Shown: piece by piece, positions 53,392 to 64,000 of the stretch
Numbering within the stretch: position 1 is the stretch's first letter
Layout of the letters: each line of letters opens with the position of its first letter
Origin: Octopus vulgaris
Lineage: Eukaryota
Length of the DNA stretch: 64,000 nucleotides
Assembly: GCA_951406725.2 (NCBI GenBank)
Contig: OX597824.1
Span: 3,410,001 to 3,474,000, forward strand
Reading direction: 5' to 3'
Program-made: the position numbers and the translations under genes
Notes under the pieces: model-generated
Told to the model about the DNA's origin: nothing
The model's database searches: none
Seen by the model: the letters and a program-made list of their open reading frames with translations, nothing else

Positions 53392-53959
53392 GATTCTTAC
53401 TATGCAGCATCTTGGGCTGACCAATGACAGAGATTTGACTGTTATTTCTAGCAGACTGAACAACTGCAAAGATGCTGACTTGTGATGATGATGATGATGT
53501 TGTGGGTGATGCTAGTAGTAGTGATAACAGTTGTGGAAGTAATGATGATGATGATGATGATGACAATTGTAATGAAGATGACGGGGTAGTGATGTCACAA
53601 GTATTTGCGCCCTGCCAAAACGGTCCTCGTGCTTGCTATACACCTTAGCCCCACCCCACAAAGTATAATGTAACACATTAAATGCCACCCCACCACTACC
53701 ACCACCACTAGAACGCCATCTGGTGTGGAACACAGCCCTCCTCCCCACTACTGCAACAGAGACGTTGATGAAACAGTTTCTAATTAGAATCACTTAGTTA
53801 AACAGATGGAATCGTAAATGACTGCCTTCTCTGATTCTGAAATAGACATCCAACAGGTACTGCATGTTTAACCCTGAGTCGATCTTGATCAAGTAGATCT
53901 AGGCTCAAAGACAATCTATTCGTGACCACTCTATCTAATTTTAAAGATTTTTCGACCCT

Positions 53960-54368
53960 TTACTCTTTTACTTGTTTCACTCATTTGACAGTGGCCATGC
54001 TGGAGCACCACCTTTAGTTGAAGAAATCGACCCCTGGACTTATTCTTTGTAAGCCTAGTACTTATTCTATCAGTCTCTTTTGCTGAACTGCTAAGTTACG
54101 AGTATGTAAAACACACCAGCATCGGTTGTCAAGCGAAGTTGGGGGGGACAAACACAGACACACAAACATATACACACACACACACATATATATAAATACG
54201 TATACATATATATACGACGGGCTTCTTTAAGTTTCCGTGTACCAAATCCACTCACAAGGCTTTGGTCGGCCCGAGGCTATATTAGAAGACACTTGCCCAA
54301 GGTGCCACGCAGTGGGACTGAACCTGGAACCATGTGGTTAGTAAGCAAGCTACTTACCACACAGCCAC
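53960..54368 (-). mobile_element. SINE family B, full length
   Basis: Reverse complement of 6013-6420. Confidence 0.9.
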
Positions 54369-54468
54369 AGATTTTTTTATAGATGGCAGCATGAAGGTAA
54401 TGGGAGGTTTGATTGCTATTTCTAGCACGTTGAATAACCATATAGAGGCTTTTTTGTTGGGTAAACTC

Positions 54469-54521
<53 letters not shown>

Positions 54522-55807
54522 AATAAATTTAATGTGACACAGAGAATGGATTTATGCCCCAAACTATACTTTCCTTTGATTCTCACAAAGTAGCTGATCC
54601 TAAGAGATCTCTCTTCTCAGTTAAGTACCAAACTCATTCTTCTTTTCTCCTCTCATCCTTCATATTACGTCCACCATCTTTCAGGCCTCATATAAACCAT
54701 TTTAGCCAGTTCTTCTCCTCTCCAATTTTCCTGAAGTCTTCAACTTAATGGATTCCTTTCTGTTGTAGGCATTTAGGCTTAGCTTTTGATTTCAGGGTGC
54801 TTGCTCTCATCTCTTCCCTTTCTCCTTCCCATCCACCAGTTTTGGAGACCTTGTAAAGGACTGAAGGCACAACCCTTCTCTTCTGAATAAGCAACAACAG
54901 AAAAGTTAAAAGAAATCTTACTGCTGCGACAGATTTTCTGCATGTGTGATAGCCTTGCTGTTGCCAACTGTCTCCAAGCTCCTTCCAATATCACCACAGC
55001 TGGCGCCAATGTGAGCAAGGATAAACCCATCCTATCTGCTGCACACAGAATCTTTTTGTTTTTTAAAAAACTAATTGTAAAGTATTTCTTCCTCCAGTTG
55101 TAGAGAGGCCATGTGCCTTCGGCTATTTGTGTCTGATGAGTGACTTCCAAGTGTTTTATGAGTATGAAACCAATGATCACTCCGTGACCAACCATAACAT
55201 CTAACTTCCTAAAAAAATATGTTACTGCTTTAATACTTTAGTGTGTGCTTCTTTTTCACATATATAAACTACTTTCTCTTCTTCTTATTCTCTCTCTCTC
55301 TCTTTCTCTAACCATGTACCTCTTCTATAGCAGGATACCCGTTTCTGCTTCTCTGCCTCTCTATCACACTCTAACCCTTCTTCATCTGACACAAGATCCA
55401 CCCCTCCTCCAATGCCTCTTCCTCTCTCAAAAATTCCTGGTCTTGCAAGTTACTCGGTGACCCTGCCAGTGCTGGTGCCACATAGAAAGCATCCAGTCCA
55501 CATTATGAAGTGGTTGGCATTTGGAAGGGCATCCAGCTGTAAAAACCATACCAAAACTGACCTCGCCTGTGCTGCTGGTGCCACATAAACACCACTCAAT
55601 CCACTCTGCAGGGTGATTGCTGTCAGGAAGGGCATCCAACCATAAAAACCCTGCCAAAACAGACACAGTAGCCTGGGGTAGTCTTTTTCTACCTGGCCAG
55701 CTCCTGTTAAACTGTCCAACCCATGCCAGCATTGGAAGGAGGACTGATGGTCATCATCATCATCGTCATCATCATGTATGTATGTATGTAAGTATATCTA
55801 TTCATGC

Positions 55808-55855
<48 letters not shown>

Positions 55856-55862
55856 GTATGTA

Positions 55863-55893
<31 letters not shown>

Positions 55894-57108
55894 ATGAGTA
55901 TGTTTACGTGTGTGTGTGTGTATCAGTCACTAATATAGAACATAAATGCAAATATGAATAAATCTGTCAACAACAAATACATTAAAAATACATGATGCTC
56001 TGTGAAAGAAAACATATCACATAGATACAGGCAGCAACACACACACACACATACACACATGCACATACATATAGACATAAGCATTTACACAAAAGCAGGT
56101 ACTCACAAATAGCAAATTCACGCCTACGCAGACAACACATATTCACACTTCTGCAGCAAACATAAAATGTCTTCAACGATGCAAGCAGACGTTTGCTACT
56201 TTTGATAATTGTCTCTGTTGACGATTATTATTATTATTGCTACGACAAACAGCTGCACATGTCACGTGGCCAGAATAAGAAATAATGAGCAATTATATAA
56301 TCTCTGTTTGCTGCAGGTGAGATGTGGTGAAGTCAGAGTGTAATCCTTAAAAGACCACCCTGATTGAGTTAGAACATCATCATCATCATCATCATCATCG
56401 TTTAACGTTCGCTTTCCATGCTAGCATGGGTTGGACGATTTTGACTGGCGAACCAGACAGCTGCACCAGGCTCCAATCTTGATCTGGCAGAGTTTCTACA
56501 GCTGGATGCTCTTCCTAATGCCAACCACACCGAGAGTGTAGTGGGTGCTTTTTACGTGCCACTGGCACAGGGGCCAGTCAGGCGTTACTGGCAATGACCT
56601 CGCTCATATAAGAAGATCTACTTCCTTTGTGTGGGTTCTGACCCAAAATGGGGTCTGGTCAATTGAGAAAGGGTCACAAGAACATGATCTTTTGCATTTG
56701 AAATGTCTCATAAAATATAAAATTTCCATGGTTTTGTTATACAATACATCATTAGGGCCTCATCAGGAAATACATCATTAGGGCCTCATTGCAACATTTC
56801 TTGCAAAACCTATTCTGAGAAATATTCCATATTTTTGTTTTGTCTTCGTATTTTTTTAGGGTCATTTTATTAAAATATTCAAAAAAGGTTCATAGTTCAC
56901 AGGCTGTGGTAAGAATTTTAGTTTGCAATACATGGCTTGGGTCCAGTTAGCATGACTCCACATAGCACTGTCCCTTCTAGGGCTCACATCTCCTGATTCG
57001 CTGCCACCTCATGACAACCCCTGCTGTCTCTACCGCCAGCTTAGTTTCAGGTTCAATTTTAAAATGTAACACCTTAGGGGCCTGTTACTATAACCATGAG
57101 TTGCTTAA

Positions 57109-57330
57109 CCCTTTCGTTACCAACCCAACTGAAACCGCCTCTGGCTCTGTAGTACAAATGTCTTGTTTTCATAAGTTTTGAATTAAAATCTTCCACCAAA
57201 CCTTAGTCACAATTCATGTTCCTAACATTAGGTTAATGATAACTAAGTCATTTTATTAAATTCTTTGTTATTTTTAACATTAACTGAAGGAAACACAGAG
57301 CATCTCAACAGAAATACAGTAACGAAAGGG
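57109..57330. mobile_element. piggyBac-like MITE, 222 bp
   Basis: TTAA|ccctttcgttac ... gtaacgaaaggg|TTAA, a perfect 12-bp TIR. Decayed relatives at about 19975-20195, 20765-20880 and 30885-31140. Confidence 0.9.
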
Positions 57331-58658
57331 TTAATATACTGCAAGTAAAATTTCAATAAGGAAACTGTACTGTAGTCTATTGTGTGTGTGTGTGTGTAAG
57401 CAGGTATTTTTAAATTCATGCTTCTCCAAGAGTAGTGATACATAGCCATGTGTCACATGGCAACATCACAGTTAAGCATGCAAAGTAGTGGAATGAGGGG
57501 GGGGGCATTTAAGGATTGGAATCAGAAAGGCCATTAGGCCATACACAGCATCAATAAGGATTGATTTTTGCCCAGAACAACATCTTGACGTTATCATCGT
57601 CATCATCATCATCATCATCATCATCATTTAATGTCCATCTTCCATCCTGGCATAAGTTGGTTAGTTGACAAGATCTGATGAATCAGAGGGTTGCATGAAG
57701 CATCAGCGTCTGCTTTGGCATGGTTTCTGCGGCCGGATGCTTCTCCTAACACTAATTGGCAGAGTGTCCCCGGGTATGTTTTTTTTGTGTGTGTGTGTGG
57801 AACTAGTGAAGTACCAATGAAGATTGCCTTGCAACTTGCAAGGCTAAGGACCAGAGGGGTCACTACGATTGAGGGAGAATGGAAGAAAGAAGGGTGTGGT
57901 GGTTTTAGATGAGAAGATGGAGACTGGAGTAAGATGGAAACAGATTTATAGCTGTGATAGGATGATAGTAAAGAGAGCAGACACTAACTGATGCGGGGGA
58001 TACGGAAAGGAATAAGGCAAATGGAAAAGATGGAGAGGGGGATTCTAAATGTTTAATTTTAAACTATATATTTGGTGCATTTTCTTTTCTTTACTGTTCA
58101 TATGATGTACACTAGTAATTTGTAGTCCATCTTTTTATGAGTCATTTGTATGAGTCATTTTAAGAGTCATTCACCATCATCATCATTTGATGTTCACTTT
58201 TCCATGCTTACATCGGGTGCACAGAATTTATTGAGACTAAGCTTCTACAGCTGGATGCCCTTCCTATCACCAACCTTCACCCATTTCTAAACAAGGGAAT
58301 ATACTTCCCTGCTTAGACATGTCTCCACCGAAGACAGGAAATGAATGACACAACCTGTATGTCAGTGACACTCATTTACAGCCGTCATGACAAGACAAGA
58401 AGGCACAAAGATACACACACACACACTCATATGGTATGGATGGATGTATGGTAACCTCACTTGTGCCAGTGCCACATAAACAAGCAGTCAATATACTGTG
58501 CAATGGCTGGCATTTCGAAGGGTATCCAGCTGTAAAAAAGTCATGCCAAGGCAGACATTGGAGTCTGGGGCAGTCCTCCACCTCCATGTTGGTTCCTGTC
58601 AAACTGTCCAACCCATGTCAGCCTGGAAAACCTTCTTAACTACACAGCCCTATTTTCA

Positions 58659-59075
58659 CCTATTTCTTTACTATCCACAAGGGGCTAAACACAGAGGGGA
58701 CAAACAAGGACAGACAAATGGTTTAAGTCGATTACATCGACCCCAGTATGTAACTGGTACTTAATTTATCAACCCCGAAAGGATGAAAGGCAAAGTCGAC
58801 CTTGGCGGAATTTTAACTCAGAATGTAAAGGCAGACGAAATACCTATTTCTTTACTACCCACAAAGAGCTAAACATAGAGGAGACAAAAACAGACACACG
58901 GATTAAGTCAATTACATCAACCCCAGTGCGTAACTGGTACTTATTTAATCGACCCCGAAAGGATGAAAGGCAAAGTCGACCTCAGCGGAATTTTGAACTA
59001 AGAATGTAACGGCAGACGAAATATGGCTACGCATTTCGCCCAGCATGCTAACGGTTCTGCCAGCTCGCTGCCTTC
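58659..59075 (-). mobile_element. Head-to-tail dimer of SINE family A
   Basis: Junction gcagacgaaatacctatttc at about 58831-58850. Confidence 0.9.
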
Positions 59076-59554
59076 ACCTTTTTCACTAAATCTGTAAATT
59101 CATATCATGTTTTTATACATGTGTGTATGTGCGTGTTTGCCCTTGTGATTCTGTTATAAAGTTCCAGCATCTTCATATACATAAACATATCTAGATCAGG
59201 TTTTTCTTTACTACTCTCTCAACTCTTTTGCTTCTCTATTTCTTTTAACTTTCTATTGTTTGCTTCTACATTTTCAAAGCATCCTGTTTTACCAAAGTCA
59301 GATACAATAAGGATTCTTACAAAACTGCTGTTTTGCAGCTTCTGTTTAGATTTATGATTGAAAGCTGAACATAGCTTGCATTATGCATTTCAAAAGCTTC
59401 GTTTATGATTGATCGAAGAATGCTTCTACAGATTTGCTTAATGGCATCGGTAAAGTTATCAGTGATTGGACTTAATGATGTGTGTGTGTGTATTTGTGTA
59501 TAAATGAATCTGTACTTTTCTAACATATGTAGTATGTCTTTGTTTGTATACTCT

Positions 59555-59718
59555 TTTTACCCTTATACTTGTTTCAGTCATTTGACTGTGGCCATGCTAG
59601 AGCACCGCATCCAGTATTCTTTGTAAGCCCAGTACTTATTCTAGCGGTCTCTTTTGCCGAACCACTAAGTTACAGGGACATAAACACACCAGCATCGGGG
59701 ACAAACACAGACACACAA

Positions 59719-59771
<53 letters not shown>

Positions 59772-59930
59772 CAACGGGCTTTTTCAGTTTCCATCTACTA
59801 AATCCACTCACAAGGCTTTGGTTGGCCCGAGGCTATAGTAGAAGACACTTGCCCAAGGTGCCACACAGTGGGACTGAACCCGGAACCATGTGGCTGGTAA
59901 GCAAGCCACTTACCACACAGCCACTCCTAC
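59555..59930 (-). mobile_element. SINE family B with internal deletions
   Basis: Matches the 53960-54368 copy. Confidence 0.88.
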
Positions 59931-60416
59931 TCCTACACCTATATATATATACATCATATATATAATCTGATATATATATATATGTATGTGTGCCTGTGAC
60001 ATCATCATTTACTGTTCCCTTTTTACACTTGCAAGGGTCAGAATATGTTGAGGCAAATTTTCTACAGCCAGATGCCTATCCTGTCACTAATCCTCACCTG
60101 TTTCCTGGAAAGATAACATTTCCCATGTCAATCCAAGACTTTCACGGAAGACTAGAAATAAACAACATTGCTTTATGATGATGTAATGTCATGTAACATT
60201 AAGAGTAAACACACACACACATACACAACAGGCGTCTGTCTTTCAAATCTACTTACAAGGTTTTGGTTGGCCCAGAGCTATAATAGAGGATACTTGCCCA
60301 AGGCACCACTCAGTAGAATTGAACCCTAAACCACATGGCTGGGAAGCAAGCTTCTTAACCACACTGTCACACCTGTGCCTATATGTATGTGGGTGTGTTT
60401 ACAGATATACAAATGC

Positions 60417-60491
<75 letters not shown>

Positions 60492-60869
60492 GTAAAAAAA
60501 CATTTGAGCGAGGTCATTGCCAGTGCTGCTGGACTGGCTACTGTGCAGGTGGCACGTAAAAAGTGCCATTTGAACGTGGCCGTTGCCAGTACTGCCTGAC
60601 TGGCAATCGTGCCAGTGGTACTTAAAAGCACCCACTACACTCTCAGAGTGGTTGCCGTTAGGAAGAGCATCCAGCTGTAGAAACTCTGCCAGATCATATT
60701 GGAGTCTGGTGCAGCCATCTGGTTCACCAGATCTCAATCAAATCGTCCAACCCATGCCAGCATGGAAAGCAAACATTAAATGATGATGATGATGATGATG
60801 ATATATACACACACATGATAGATCATTAGCCACTACACATATTTTTGTTCTCTCCTTGTTTTTTTCTGT

Positions 60870-60911
60870 GTCCCTTTCTGTAGAAGAGCGTAGGCTCGAA
60901 ACGTAAAAGAC
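60870..60911 (+). ncRNA. Minimal type I hammerhead-ribozyme-like motif (variant core) in a Penelope-like fragment at 60820-61000
   Basis: Reads cttt-CUGUAGA-A-gagc(guag)gcuc-GAAA-CG-UA-aaag, with stems I and II pairing. Confidence 0.55.
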
Positions 60912-61059
60912 TTTTTCTATTCCTGAACGTTATACTAATACATCTGTTTGTTTTATACACCACCTGTCTCACCACATTTGCTGTTTTCATAAACTCTCCA
61001 TATATATATATATATATTTATATATACACATATATATATAAACATACATATATATATAG

Positions 61060-61091
<32 letters not shown>

Positions 61092-61239
61092 GTTTCTTAT
61101 ACATGGATTGATTGATAGGTTGATGTGTAGGTAGGTTGACGTTTAGTTATATGGATGGGTGTGTGTGTATATATATATAGGGACAGACAGATAGAGAAAT
61201 AGATAGACAGACAAACATTTGCTGAGTCACAAGGAAGAG

Positions 61240-61690
61240 AGAATAGCTATGACCTTTGCTGGTCAAAGGAGACCAGTTAGCTGGGCATTGTGGGATATGG
61301 CAACAAGTAGATTATTGTTCATTAATGTATAGAAGGAAGAGGGTTTGACACAAAACTGGACCCTAGGGAATGCCAGAGTTGACTGAGAACAGGGCAGAAG
61401 CAGCTGTGTCAACACATGCTGGGATGGCAATCTGATTGGATGCTACCAATCCAATGGATTTTTATAGTGATTGATGGATTATTCTTGCTGAACCAGAACA
61501 AACAGCAAAAGAGTGTTCGGTTTCTCAGGGAGGAATCATTGGCAGGGGTATTAGGGACATTGTCTGCTTCCAAAACGATTCCCTTTGCGAGAGTCTTGAC
61601 CAACATGAAAGATATTGATGTTGCTATGGTTAATGACATTCAGACACTGACGGAGGCGGGGGGAATGGAGAGTGTGTATGTGTGTGAGTG
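61240..61690 (-). mobile_element. Old CR1/L2-like reverse transcriptase remnant
   Basis: HWIGS... and GIP*G.V..P.LFLLYIN-like segments, with frameshifts. Confidence 0.55.
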
Positions 61691-62299
61691 ATCGTATCCG
61701 ATACCAGAGCTAATTGTAGTAACAGACAGAAGAAGGAAGAAGAGAGAGAGAAGAAGAAAGGGTGGTAGTAATGGTGGTGATGATGATGATGATGATGATG
61801 ATGTTGGCAGTGGTGGTGGTGGTGACGATGATGATGATGACAATAACAAGGCAGTAGCGCTGGTAGTGGCAGTAATAGTGATGTAATGATGACGATGATG
61901 ATGATGATGAACTGATCTTAGTATGATGACATAAAATGCAAGATTGCAACAACAACAACAACAACAACAAAAGTATGAAGGAAAATATAATTTTAGTAAA
62001 GATTATGGAAAGCTGAGATAAGTGTAATATCATTTCGCCACTTAATCCTTCCCCGCCCACCACCAATCATATTAGCTTCATTATCGTTAGGTTCTTATTG
62101 ACCAGTCTTAACTTTGTCCTGGTGATTAGCAAATATATCTTTCTATCCACTTATTACACGATTAACTAGCTGTATGCTCCACATATAAACACACTCACAC
62201 ACGTATATACACACACACACATGTATAATTATTTGATGTATGTATGTATGTGTGTGTGTAGATTTATATATACTGGCTGCAACTTGATTTTGAATAATA

Positions 62300-62531
62300 C
62301 CTATTTCTTTACTACCCACACGGGGCTAAACATAGAGGGGACAAACAAGGACAGACATAGCTATTAAGTCGATTACATTGACCCAGTGCGTAACTGGTAC
62401 TTAATTTATCGACCCCGAAAGGATGAAAGACAAAGTTGGCCTCAGCGGAATTTGAACTCAGAACATAACGGCAGACGAAATACGGCTACGCATTCGCCTG
62501 GCATGCTAATACTTCTACCAGCTCGCCGCCT
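62300..62531 (-). mobile_element. SINE family A with a 14-bp TSD
   Basis: ttttgaataatacc at 62288 and 62531. Confidence 0.92.
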
Positions 62532-62779
62532 TTTGAATAATACCATTATTTGATTGTTCTCTTCCCACATGAGCAGCAAGGAAGTGGTTTTCCAGTTCTG
62601 CTTAGGACTTACACCCTATTCCACACAGGTGGTAATGATGGACACCTCTTGCAGCATGTGTTCAGAAAGCTCACCACGCATGTTCCCATCTGCCTTTATT
62701 CCATTACGGACATTTTCATGGAGTGCTTTGTTTTTTGGGCTGGGTTTCATCAAAATTCTCATGGATGACTTTCACCCTA

Positions 62780-62920
62780 CTGACGGCACATCTATACATG
62801 GTTTGTACAGCTTTTACAAGCCGCCACTCATCTATTCTTAACTTCCTCAAAGATCACCAGGTAAAAGAAGAAGAAGAGACTCTGCCAAATTTTTCTCCAG
62901 GTCAACAAAATGTGTGAGTG
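62780..62920 (-). mobile_element. RTE reverse transcriptase remnant
   Basis: FVDLEK...LVKAVQTMYRCAVSRVKV is homologous to the RT segment at 360-500. Confidence 0.75.
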
Positions 62921-63699
62921 AACAAGAAAGAGGCTCTCAACACATTTTGTAAATTTTCACACAAGGCCAGCTGTTTCGCTAAGTCAATTACACTGACCCC
63001 AGTATTCAACTGGTACTTAATTTATTGACCCCCAAAAGGATAAAAGGCAATGTCACCCTCGATAGCATTTGAACTCAGTACCTAAAGACAAATGATAATC
63101 ATAATGATTCTGCCAACTTGCCACTTTAGGTGTTACATATATTATTGTTTAAAGCACTTTGATTTGGATCCATACACCTTAGAATTTTGCCATATTCTTT
63201 AAAGAATATTTCACCTTTAAACTGTTTTCAGTTTTCCCTCTCACTTCTACAAAATGTTGCTGAAGTTTCCATTGCACGATTTCAATTTTGATTCCAAAGA
63301 GTTGATTCTTTGAAGGACAGGAAGTAGCTAGAATCTAGAACAATTAAAATCCCTCTCCACCTGCTCCTTCTTCCTTGCTGTTCACCTGGCACAGCCTGTC
63401 AGGTGTTCACATCATAAACATTTCAACACTGGTCACTGTTAACCCTCTGTTTCAGTTTGGTGCCAAAAATTTCCAGACAGAATTAAAAACCATTTTTCAC
63501 AAAATATCACATTAACCACAAAACAAAACAAAAAAAAATTAAATAAATAATAAACATAGCAATAACTGATTCTCTGAAGTTTCTAGAATTAAGACACGTG
63601 ATAGCATTTATTAAAAATAACCTGACCTTCATTTAGTGCCAAACTCCTTCAAGTTGGTATTAATTACTTAAGATCTTTCGTCAAATATTTCCTGATAAT

Positions 63700-63758
<59 letters not shown>

Positions 63759-64000
63759 GGGTGACTGAAAAGTCTCTGTAACATTAATATAAACTTATGA
63801 CTGAAGTCTGTTGAGCTTTTCAGTGTACATCTCGTCTTCCTCCCTCTCTCTCTCCATCCCTACCTCACACCTCCCACCTCCTCATCACAACCTCCACCCA
63901 CCCCTACTGCATTAATTATTCCCCACCCCATTCCAATCCCTCACCCACTGTTTATAACTACAGCTCAGGGATTCACATGGCCTTCCAATCATTCTACCAA

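Overview
A eukaryotic, AT-rich, microsatellite-saturated window. Its SINE/RTE repeat content points to a coleoid cephalopod, probably Octopus (inference). I recognise no intact, nameable protein-coding gene, and almost all ORFs in the track are microsatellite or repeat translations. Supported content: decayed RTE and CR1-type LINE fragments, about 15 copies of an RTE 3'-end repeat, at least three tRNA-headed SINE families, a mariner and a Tc1-type transposase fossil, piggyBac-, Harbinger- and Helitron-like MITEs, Penelope-like terminal fragments with hammerhead-ribozyme-like cores, and a 1.4-kb 25-bp minisatellite apparently derived from a SINE head. The strongest non-repeat signal is a strand-biased cluster of nine perfect AGGTCA nuclear-receptor half-sites (38.2-39.1 kb), including two duplicated DR5+DR1 modules. 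It lies at the edge of a CpG-retaining domain, next to a candidate exon. Other leads are a variant minimal hammerhead (A6U core) shared by two copies, GGTA target preference and self-insertion of one SINE family, and candidate spliced or pseudogenised exons. No new biological system can be demonstrated from sequence alone. Repeat boundaries are approximate.
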